Source of the DNA: Candidatus Woesearchaeota archaeon
GTDB taxonomy: Archaea > Nanobdellota > Nanobdellia > Woesearchaeales > CG1-02-33-12
Direction: 5' to 3'
Assembly (NCBI GenBank): GCA_017610275.1
Contig: JAFCCI010000005.1
Span: 1 to 42,469 of the forward strand
DNA: 42,469 bases
Both the position numbers and the translations under genes were made by a program. Shown here in pieces: positions 35,323-42,469 of the stretch; position 1 is the stretch's first letter, and the number at the start of each line of letters is the position of its first letter. Under the pieces are notes generated by a model, which had not been told where the DNA came from, ran no database searches, and worked only from the letters and a program-made list of their open reading frames with translations.

Positions 35323-36527
35323 TTATTTTCTCTTTTTAGTTTATTCTTTTTTAACTTCTTTTGCTTTCTTTCATTAATTCTTTTTTTAAATATCCAGATA
35401 ATATCCATAGTAATAAGCAATATAATAATTAATATTAATATAGTTGTTGTATTAAGGCTTATTGTTACTATTCCTGGCTTTTCAACTAATGCCTCTTTTT
35501 TCTCAACAACATTAACCTTGCCTGTTTCTACTGTTGTTTTATCTTCATAATAAATAGTTATCTTAGCATCATAAGAGCCGGCTTCAACATTATTTGTGTC
35601 CCAATAGGTGGTTATTGTTTTTTTCTCCCAAGGCAAAAGTTCTATGCTTGGCGTTTTGATAATGCTATCATTTATTTTTATTTCTCCATAAACATTCTCA
35701 ATCTTATTGCCCCAGTCACTTTCTATCTCAATATAAAAAGGGTTTATTTTGTCTTTTTCAAACTCTTTTGTATAATTAATTATTTTAATATTAAGTTTTC
35801 CTATTTTAAAATTCTTTTCATCTTCTTTTGTTTTACCATCATAGTTCAAGGTTGCAACAGCTTTATATGTGCCTGCTGAATATCCTGTTGTGCTAAGTTG
35901 TGCATGCAGGGTTTCCTTTGTGTTAGATTTTAATGATTTTTCTTCTGTGTAAACTGTGGCAAGCTTTTTGTTATCTAAGCTGTAAACATCTATAGCTGCT
36001 TTTATGCTGTTTATATCATCTTCTCCAAAGCTTTTTACATTAACAGCAAAATTAACTGGCTCATTAAGATTAACATTTGGCGCACTAAGGCTCATATCAA
36101 CATATTTTCCTGGGTTGAGGACATGTATAAGAATATAAATTTGAGCATTTGAGGATGTTCCGACAGCTCCCCCTATTTTTGATTTATCAATAATTTCTTC
36201 TGCCATAACAAAAATTCTATGATGCCCTGGCTTTTCAATCTTGTTTGGCAGCTTTACAGTTACTGTAAATTTACGGTCAGTGCTGTCAGGCTTGATAATG
36301 GTTTTGCTTAGTGTTGCATACTCTGAGAGGTATTCAGAAACAGAAAGCATGACTTCAAGATTAGATTTTGTAATTTCAAAGTTAAAAGTTTTTTCAATCC
36401 CTGGCTTAAAATCTATTTCATTATCACTAGGGAAATACAGCCCCACTGCCTCTGCCGGTTTAATAATAACAAAAATTACAATCAATAAAAAAATGAATAC
36501 ATTTGTTCTTTTTAGTTTGATTTTCAT
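35319..36527 (-). CDS. Secreted CARDB-like (Ig-fold) repeat protein with a C-terminal TM anchor and basic tail
   Basis: 402 aa. Signal peptide 'IIKPAEA|VG'. Two or more segments of the CARDB type ('EPVNFAVNVKSFG...GTYKAVATLNYDG','...AGSYDAKITIYYED'). C-terminal TM plus 'RKQKKLKKNKLKRENK'. Confidence 0.6.
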   Translation of the reverse strand: MKIKLKRTNVFIFLLIVIFVIIKPAEAVGLYFPSDNEIDFKPGIEKTFNFEITKSNLEVMLSVSEYLSEYATLSKTIIKPDSTDRKFTVTVKLPNKIEKPGHHRIFVMAEEIIDKSKIGGAVGTSSNAQIYILIHVLNPGKYVDMSLSAPNVNLNEPVNFAVNVKSFGEDDINSIKAAIDVYSLDNKKLATVYTEEKSLKSNTKETLHAQLSTTGYSAGTYKAVATLNYDGKTKEDEKNFKIGKLNIKIINYTKEFEKDKINPFYIEIESDWGNKIENVYGEIKINDSIIKTPSIELLPWEKKTITTYWDTNNVEAGSYDAKITIYYEDKTTVETGKVNVVEKKEALVEKPGIVTISLNTTTILILIIILLITMDIIWIFKKRINERKQKKLKKNKLKRENK

Positions 36528-36572
36528 TCTAAACTATAAAATATTTTAAAAACAAGAAAAGATTATTTAGTT

Positions 36573-37205
36573 TTATATGAGCAGGGCTGTTGCAGTCATT
36601 GTATCGCTTTTTTGTCCTTCTGCATTGCTTGGTATCCAAATCTCTACATCAAACCTCATTTCATCCAGTCCATCATTTGCTGAGAAATTACTGCATACAT
36701 GTCTTTCTGTATTTATTGTAGCATTATAAAACTGGTTAAGAACAAAACCTGCAGATGCAACACATGAACCTGCCTCACTGTTATTTCCCTTCCATTTATA
36801 AACTGGATTTGCGCCACCAATGAACTGGTTTGCACTGTCTCCAGTTTTTATAGTTAGGTTTACGTCAACATTTCCAGTATTTTCTAAAATAAGGCCATCC
36901 TCTTGTGCTTCAAAACCCGTACCAGTACAATTTGGGCCTATGCTTGTAGGAAAACTTTTCAATGTGCAACCTGACCTATTTGTAATGACTTTTCCTGTAC
37001 CCCAATTGATAGAATCTATTTTCCACTGAACTTCTATTAATTGGATTATTTGAAGAGCTATGGTTGCTTCATCTGTTGCAAAACCAGTTATGCCTGGCAT
37101 TCTTACCCTTGTCAGCCTGTTCAGGCTGATTAATGTTCCACCTAATGAAATAACTATTGCTCCAATCAGCAAGATTGCCAATGTTTTATTTGAGATTTCA
37201 TTCAT
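36573..37205 (-). CDS. Secreted or membrane-anchored protein carrying an 'ITGFAT' motif after its N-terminal helix
   Basis: 210 aa. TM 'LAILLIGAIVISLGGTLISL', then 'RMPGITGFATDEATIALQI', then a beta-rich body ('LILENTGNVDVNLTIK'). Confidence 0.5.
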   Translation of the reverse strand: MNEISNKTLAILLIGAIVISLGGTLISLNRLTRVRMPGITGFATDEATIALQIIQLIEVQWKIDSINWGTGKVITNRSGCTLKSFPTSIGPNCTGTGFEAQEDGLILENTGNVDVNLTIKTGDSANQFIGGANPVYKWKGNNSEAGSCVASAGFVLNQFYNATINTERHVCSNFSANDGLDEMRFDVEIWIPSNAEGQKSDTMTATALLI

Positions 37206-37212
37206 TTTATTC

Positions 37213-37437
37213 TCATTGTTTTATTTCTAATTTGATATTTGCATTTGTTTCTACTAGTTCTGGTGTGTTCTCCATGTTAAATTCAATATCCTCATTTGTT
37301 GATCCCGCTGTTTTTTGAGCAGGTGAAGTTTCTTTTATGCTAATGGATTCAAGCACAGTCCATGTGCCTATTACTGAAACAAGAACTGTTAGAACAAGTA
37401 AAACAATGATTGTTGCCTTTGGAATGTCTTTTTCCAT
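37213..37437 (-). CDS. Small single-pass membrane protein, first gene of the surface operon
   Basis: 74 aa. TM 'ATIIVLLVLTVLVSVIGTWTVL'. A 7-nt gap separates it from the next gene. Confidence 0.35.
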   Translation of the reverse strand: MEKDIPKATIIVLLVLTVLVSVIGTWTVLESISIKETSPAQKTAGSTNEDIEFNMENTPELVETNANIKLEIKQ

Positions 37438-37717
37438 TTAAAACCTCTTTTACTTTAACATTAATACCCAAATATGTATACTAATATATAAATATTTTGG
37501 TTTTTTAAGCGTTATTATACCTATTTAATTTTTTTATTTCTTATGTATTAATATTTTTCTATTCTTGAGTTGGTATATTTTTTATTTTTATTACCTAAAT
37601 TAAAATCTTTTTTGATTTTTTTTGTTAATTCTCTTATTTAAACAAGAGTTATTAATAATTTCTTTCTTTTACAGTACTTGATATTTTGATAAATCATATA
37701 AATTAGGCAATTTTTCA

Positions 37718-37855
37718 ATACATATAAAAATTTCTGTTGGGGTAATCGCATATAATGAAGAGAAAAATATTGAAAGATTAATAACTTTATTGATTAATCA
37801 AAAACTTGAAATATTCAAGATTAAAGAGATTATTTTTCTTGCGAAACTTATTTAA
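37718..37855 (+). pseudogene. Remnant of a family-2 glycosyltransferase gene (N-terminal ~45 codons only)
   Basis: Translation 'IHIKISVGVIAYNEEKNIERLITLLINQKLEIFKIKEIIFLAKLI*' is roughly 60% identical to the N-terminus of the intact GT2 at 41331 ('MDISIGIMAFNEEKNISRLLEALLNQELKKVKIKEIIVVSDGSTD'). It has no ATG and stops before the 'SDGSTD' motif. Confidence 0.6.
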
Positions 37856-37938
37856 ATAACAGAATAAATTTTTTATTTGTTGAGTTGATGGAATATTGTT
37901 TAATGAACTCACATATAAAGTGGCATCTAAAATTGTAT

Positions 37939-37963
37939 TTAGGTTCAAATCCTAATCCTGGCA
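37939..37963 (+). other. tRNA 3'-end-like fragment (T-arm, 3' acceptor strand and discriminator); not a complete tRNA
   Basis: 'TTAGG-TTCAAAT-CCTAA-TCCTGGC-A' is a perfect 5-bp T-stem around a canonical TTCAAAT loop, followed by 7 nt plus a discriminator. No complementary 5' acceptor strand (GCCAGGA), D-arm or anticodon arm lies in the ~80 nt upstream. Confidence 0.35.
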
Positions 37964-37970
37964 TATTAAA

Positions 37971-39641
37971 ATGAGAGTTATAAAGATATGGAATGTTATT
38001 TTAGTAATTCTATTCGTCTTGCTTTTTGTGTCAATATACAACACACTGAGCAATAGAAAAAGTTATAATAATTACTTAATAAACAAAGAAATAAACTTTA
38101 AAGATAAATCAATGGAAAGCAAAACTTTTATTGATTCATTGAATTATACTCCTTCTTCTATAATACCTTTCTGGTTCTGGAATGGCAACATGACAAAAAA
38201 AGAAATAAAAAGGCAAATTAACCTTATTAAAGATGTAGGCATAAATGAATTGATGATACATGCAAGATCAGGGCTTGAACAGGAATACCTTTCTGAAGAA
38301 TGGTTTGAACTCGTTGGTTTTGCGCTTGACGAACTTAAGAAAAATAATATGAAAGTGTGGATATATGATGAGTTTGACTGGCCCAGCGGCACGGCTGGAG
38401 GGAAGGTTTTAGAAAACAATTCTCATTTTATTGCAAAGAACCTTAAAATGGAAAAAGTTAATAAAAGCTACTTCAGTTTAAAAACAAATGAAAAATTCAA
38501 TGTGGAAAAAATTGTTTCAGTAATCATTTATGAAAAAGACAGCAAAAAAAATGTGAAAAATAATTATTGCATTGAAAACAGTTGTTTTTTTGAAGATTTA
38601 TACCTCAATAATTCAATATATGTTTTTTATCAGGATTTTGGTCACTTTAGAACAGAGTACAAAAAAAATTATTATGTTGATTTGCTTGACAGCGAAACAA
38701 CAAAAACTTTCATAAGATTAACTCATGAAGAATATTATGAAAGATTTAGTGATTATTTTCAAGACACTATAGTTGGATTCTTTACAGATGAGCCAGGATT
38801 TTATTCAAATGTTTACGAAGAATATGACATTGGCTCAATACCATGGACAGATGATTTTGAAACTGATTTTTATGAAATAGAAGAATATAACATAACTGAT
38901 TATCTTTATTTTATTTGGGAAGAAGGTGACAGTAACATCTCAAGAAAAGTAAGAAAAGATTATTTTGAGGTAAGAAACACAATTTATTCCAAGAATTACT
39001 TTGAAATCATAAGAAACTGGACAAGAGAGCATAATGTTCTTTTTTCAGGGCATCTTCTTATTGAAGAAGATTTATCTCAGATAGTCCTTTTCCAGGGAGA
39101 TTTTTTCACATCAATTAAATATTTTGATATACCGGGCACGGATGATATAAACGAGTTCAATAAAAACAAAATAACCCCTTTACTTGCTTCATCTGCAGAG
39201 TTCATTTATGGAAAGCCTTATTCACTAACAGAAACTTTTGCAGGCTATGGATGGGATTTAAGCTATAATGAAGTTTTAAAAACTTCTGAATGGCTTTATG
39301 AGAATGGCATTGATATAATAGTTGTTCATGCATTATTTTACACAACAGAAGGAGAGATCCAGTATAATGATTATCCCCCCTCATTTTTTTACCAGAATGA
39401 AATGATTTGGGGCCATATACCTGATTATTTGAATTACACAACAGGAATACTATATTCAGAAGATCAGCAAAAGGAAACTGTTTTTATAAGATACCCTATA
39501 AGCGAGGCCTGGGAAGTTTTCAATCCATTTGATTTTTCTTGTATAGAAAAAATAGATAAAGAGATGAAACAAACAATAGCCTACTACAAGAAAAAAGGAA
39601 AATATATAATCCTTGTTCCAGATTATATCCTTGAGAAATAA
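37971..39641 (+). CDS. Membrane-anchored putative glycoside hydrolase-like protein (family uncertain)
   Basis: 556 aa. N-terminal TM. 'PFWFWNGNMTKKEIKRQINLIKDVGINELMIHARSGL...YLSEEW...MKVWIYDEFDWPSGTAGG' resembles the N-terminal catalytic-barrel signature of some bacterial glycosidase-like proteins. This comes from motif memory only. Confidence 0.4.
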   Translation: MRVIKIWNVILVILFVLLFVSIYNTLSNRKSYNNYLINKEINFKDKSMESKTFIDSLNYTPSSIIPFWFWNGNMTKKEIKRQINLIKDVGINELMIHARSGLEQEYLSEEWFELVGFALDELKKNNMKVWIYDEFDWPSGTAGGKVLENNSHFIAKNLKMEKVNKSYFSLKTNEKFNVEKIVSVIIYEKDSKKNVKNNYCIENSCFFEDLYLNNSIYVFYQDFGHFRTEYKKNYYVDLLDSETTKTFIRLTHEEYYERFSDYFQDTIVGFFTDEPGFYSNVYEEYDIGSIPWTDDFETDFYEIEEYNITDYLYFIWEEGDSNISRKVRKDYFEVRNTIYSKNYFEIIRNWTREHNVLFSGHLLIEEDLSQIVLFQGDFFTSIKYFDIPGTDDINEFNKNKITPLLASSAEFIYGKPYSLTETFAGYGWDLSYNEVLKTSEWLYENGIDIIVVHALFYTTEGEIQYNDYPPSFFYQNEMIWGHIPDYLNYTTGILYSEDQQKETVFIRYPISEAWEVFNPFDFSCIEKIDKEMKQTIAYYKKKGKYIILVPDYILEK

Positions 39642-39708
39642 AGATTTAAATTAAGTTATAATGTTATCACTTACAATATAATATTGTTTAGTAAATTTAC
39701 ATTACAGC

Positions 39709-41238
39709 TTATAATTTCCTAACTCCTCCCTTTTTGAAGAATATTTCATTTTTCCATATAAACATAACTATGACAATCAGAATAAAAATATTCAGGAAGG
39801 GAAACAACCTGAAGCCAAAGAGTCTTTCTATTAGTATACTACGGGGACCATATCTTAAAAAAAGAGGCATGTAATAAGTAAATAATGAATTTGATATTGG
39901 CTGCCATGTTGTAAGTTTAAGTTTATATTCAGGTAATGCTCTTATTGGCAAATCATCAGCATGGTATTCACTTGTTAAAACCTGCATACCTATCAAATTT
40001 ATAATTATTGAAATAATGGCCAATAACAAAATAAACTTTAGCTTAATTTTTTTGAAACAAAAAGTTAATGATAACATTAAAAATGGGATAACAGGATATA
40101 AATACCTTGGTCCAAAAGAACAGTTTGCTCCCCACTCAAACAGTTGTGAATTATAAATTAAGAATAAAATAAATATAAAAATGATTAAATTTGCTTCTAA
40201 TTTATGCTTTTTGTGCATGTATAACAAGCCAATCAAAGATAATACCAAAACAGGTGAATAAAAAAACAATCCTCTAAAAGGATAAAATAATAACCTTAAG
40301 ATTATTTTAAAATTAGCTAATGAAAAAAGAGACATATAATCAGTTTTAAATTGAGGAGGTATAATCCCTTGTGCATAATCATTTATAAATATTACTGGAG
40401 AAACCTTTTCTCCCAAAAGAAAAACCTTCTCATCTATGTGATTGTAACCTATATCAAAAATATTGCTAAAGATAGAATAATTATACATAAATAATAGACT
40501 AATAGCTATTAAAAATCCAAGCAAAAATGGAATAAGTTGTTTCCATTTTTTTAATGCAAAAATCATAATTATACAAGCAAGGATTACTATTGAAGTTGAA
40601 TATTCACATGTTATTGCAAATCCACCACAAAGACCAGCAATGAAAAAGTTTTTGTTACTAAACTTATTTTCTTGCTTCATCTTTAAAATTAAATAAAAAC
40701 ACATAAATGCAAAAAAGTTAGCGATAGCATATTGGTAGATGATTGTTGCATATGCAAATATCATAGTCCCCAATCCAAAAATAATTATAATCAAAATTCT
40801 ATACATCTCTTTTTTTACAAAAAATCCTGAAATTTTATACATCAAGACAACCAAAAGTGCTGAGAACAAAACAGAACTAAAGGTTATTACCATAAACTCT
40901 AAAACATGTAGTTTTAAATCAGTATCAGGAATTCCAAAAATTATTCTGAAAATAACATAAACAGGAATTGTTAGAAAAGAAGCACCAGGAGGCTTGTCAC
41001 TATAGTAATGGTTATTGTAATAAGCCCTGTCACCTGTATTACTGCCCCTATCATGATCACCAGCTATAGTTTCTGTATCATTTATGTAAGAGTCTATCTC
41101 AAAACGACCCTCATCAACTATTGCCCTTGTTAAATCAAGCTTAGATGCATCTGTCCATGGACCAAACCTTGCAAAGAATAGGTAAATAATGAAGAATGTT
41201 AGAAATATTTTGAATTCCTTTTTGTTTAATATGCCCAT
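39709..41238 (-). CDS. GT-C fold glycosyltransferase (PMT/ArnT-like, family 39/83-type polytopic membrane protein)
   Basis: 509 aa, about 12 or more TM helices. The first extracytoplasmic loop 'GDHDRGSNTGDRAYYNNHYYSDKPPGASFL' has the acidic residues and the 'DKPPG' signature typical of this superfamily. Confidence 0.7.
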   Translation of the reverse strand: MGILNKKEFKIFLTFFIIYLFFARFGPWTDASKLDLTRAIVDEGRFEIDSYINDTETIAGDHDRGSNTGDRAYYNNHYYSDKPPGASFLTIPVYVIFRIIFGIPDTDLKLHVLEFMVITFSSVLFSALLVVLMYKISGFFVKKEMYRILIIIIFGLGTMIFAYATIIYQYAIANFFAFMCFYLILKMKQENKFSNKNFFIAGLCGGFAITCEYSTSIVILACIIMIFALKKWKQLIPFLLGFLIAISLLFMYNYSIFSNIFDIGYNHIDEKVFLLGEKVSPVIFINDYAQGIIPPQFKTDYMSLFSLANFKIILRLLFYPFRGLFFYSPVLVLSLIGLLYMHKKHKLEANLIIFIFILFLIYNSQLFEWGANCSFGPRYLYPVIPFLMLSLTFCFKKIKLKFILLLAIISIIINLIGMQVLTSEYHADDLPIRALPEYKLKLTTWQPISNSLFTYYMPLFLRYGPRSILIERLFGFRLFPFLNIFILIVIVMFIWKNEIFFKKGGVRKL

Positions 41239-41260
41239 ATTTTCTTGTTTTATTCCCTTT

Positions 41261-41270
41261 TATTTAAATA
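41261..41270 (-). promoter_or_regulatory. Palindromic TATTTAAATA TATA element for the GT-C gene
   Basis: 23 nt from ATG 41238 on the minus strand. Confidence 0.4.
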
Positions 41271-41300
41271 TTGTGGAACACAAATTTTGCTTTAATAAAC

Positions 41301-41308
41301 TATTTAAA
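41301..41308 (+). promoter_or_regulatory. TATA box (TATTTAAA) for the GT2 gene
   Basis: 23 nt upstream of ATG 41331. Confidence 0.4.
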
Positions 41309-41330
41309 CATGGGTTCTTTTTAAATATGT

Positions 41331-42206
41331 ATGGATATTTCAATCGGTATAATGGCCTTTAATGAGGAAAAAAATATCAGCAGGTTATTGGAAGCCCTCT
41401 TAAACCAGGAACTTAAAAAAGTTAAGATTAAGGAAATCATTGTTGTTTCAGATGGAAGTACAGATAAAACAAATGAAATTGTAAAAAAGTTTGCACGGAA
41501 AAATAAAATAATCAAATTAATAACTAGAAAAAAACGGGAGGGTAAGGCACTAGCAATAAACAGATTTATCAAAAAAGCAAACTCAAAAATACTTGTTTTA
41601 GAAAGCGCTGATACTTTGCCAAGAAAGGATTGTATAGAAAAGCTTTGTCTTCCTCTTTTTAAAAAAAATGTTGGGATTTGTGCTTCTCATCCAATACCAA
41701 TAAACAAAAAAGATTCTTTTATTGGACTTACTATTAATCTTTTATGGTCATTGCATCACAGAATTTCATTAAAAAGCCCTAAGTTTGGTGAATTGATTGC
41801 ATTTAGGAACATAATTGAGAAAATTCCTAATACAGCGGCGGATGAGGAATATATTGCTATGGTTATACAAAAAAAAGGTTTTTTAGTAAAATATGTACCT
41901 AATGCTATTATATTTAATAAGGGTCCAACTACTATCAAAGACTTCTTAAAGCAACGAAGAAGAATTTACTGTGGGCATCTGGAACTAAAAAAGAAATCTC
42001 ATTATGAAGTTCCAACAATCAGTAATTTCAATATTTTGAAAAATTTAATAGCGACTTTAGATATAAGGCAAAAACATCTAATTTGGACTTTTGGGGCAGT
42101 GATACTTGAGGCTTATGCTAGGTTACTTGGTATGATTGATTTTTATACTAGAAAAGAACATGCTATTTGGAAGATTGCTGAGAGTACAAAAAGATTAAGG
42201 TTATAA
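41331..42206 (+). CDS. Family 2 glycosyltransferase (GT-A fold)
   Basis: 291 aa. 'ISIGIMAFNEEKNI', 'VVSDGSTD', 'GKALAIN', 'ESAD', 'EE' region. Divergent from the GT-C gene. Confidence 0.85.
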   Translation: MDISIGIMAFNEEKNISRLLEALLNQELKKVKIKEIIVVSDGSTDKTNEIVKKFARKNKIIKLITRKKREGKALAINRFIKKANSKILVLESADTLPRKDCIEKLCLPLFKKNVGICASHPIPINKKDSFIGLTINLLWSLHHRISLKSPKFGELIAFRNIIEKIPNTAADEEYIAMVIQKKGFLVKYVPNAIIFNKGPTTIKDFLKQRRRIYCGHLELKKKSHYEVPTISNFNILKNLIATLDIRQKHLIWTFGAVILEAYARLLGMIDFYTRKEHAIWKIAESTKRLRL

Positions 42207-42241
42207 CTTTATATTATTTAAATAAAATTAGAGGATTAAAT

Positions 42242-42469
42242 ATGAAAACACTTTTGTTACCACTTAAATTATTAATCTTTAATATATCAAGAAGATTAAA
42301 TAAAACATTTATTCTTCCTGTTAATTATACATATTCAATTACATCCAAATGTGACTCTAAATGTAAAACCTGTAACATCTGGAAACAAAAGTCAGGCAAT
42401 GACTTAACAAAAAAAGAATGGAAAAAAATCATAAGAAATATTGGAAATGCCCCTTTTTGGATTACTATA
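42242..42469 (+). CDS. Radical SAM protein, N-terminal fragment (runs off the window)
   Basis: My own translation: 'MKTLLLPLKLLIFNISRRLNKTFILPVNYTYSITSKCDSKCKTCNIWKQKSG...'. The CxxxCxxC cluster 'CDSKCKTC' follows a beta-strand, as in radical SAM cores. Confidence 0.65.
   Translation, partial: MKTLLLPLKLLIFNISRRLNKTFILPVNYTYSITSKCDSKCKTCNIWKQKSGNDLTKKEWKKIIRNIGNAPFWITI

Noticed and set aside
37861-37970. A complete tRNA gene ending at 37963
   Set aside because: Only the T-arm and 3' acceptor strand are recognisable. The upstream 80 nt contain no complementary 5' acceptor strand, D-arm or anticodon stem, even allowing G-U pairs. It is kept only as a fragment.
39642-39708. AT-rich imperfect hairpin ('TTATAATGT-tatcactt-ACAATATAA') between the convergent GH-like and GT-C genes as a bidirectional terminator
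   Set aside because: It is an 8/9-bp all-weak stem with one mismatch in very AT-rich sequence. Archaeal termination relies mainly on oligo-T tracts, so this cannot be supported from sequence alone.

Overview
This is an AT-rich (about 30% GC by eye), very gene-dense archaeal segment with no rRNA, no complete tRNA, no CRISPR array and no transposase or integrase. The archaeal assignment rests on clear information-processing genes. These are FEN-1, RFC small subunit, an HMf-type histone, Hjc resolvase, TFE, tRNA-splicing endonuclease EndA, RNase Z, RNase HII and Pelota. Small gene sizes, overlapping gene ends, a bacterial-type Pta-AckA pair and many huge surface proteins suggest a reduced-genome, probably host-associated (DPANN-like) archaeon; that placement is inference only. 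Two accessory regions stand out. (1) 10436-17024 is a co-directional five-gene envelope module. It holds a membrane-anchored protein, an 806-aa polytopic-membrane / Cys-rich / lytic-transglycosylase-like fusion, and three tandem paralogous lipoproteins that share a ~280-aa module with the 806-aa protein. I could not assign this module to any family I know. (2) 23354-42469 is a cell-surface region. It holds a MoxR-DUF58-vWA triad, a 1395-aa cadherin-like repeat adhesin with about 70 N-glycosylation sequons, and a 1009-aa protein with a P4-S-G8 linker and four 'DCGGPC' Cys-rich repeats. The cytoplasmic tail of the 1009-aa protein recurs as a stand-alone gene. The region also has four small secreted or membrane proteins and a glycosylation locus (GH-like, GT-C, GT2, radical SAM). 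Other notable points: the Pelota gene is disrupted by a frameshift plus an apparent internal deletion. Five convergent gene pairs overlap at their stop codons. TATA boxes sit at a near-constant distance from ATGs, which implies leaderless mRNAs. The only long non-coding stretch contains a GT2 gene remnant and a tRNA 3'-end fragment.
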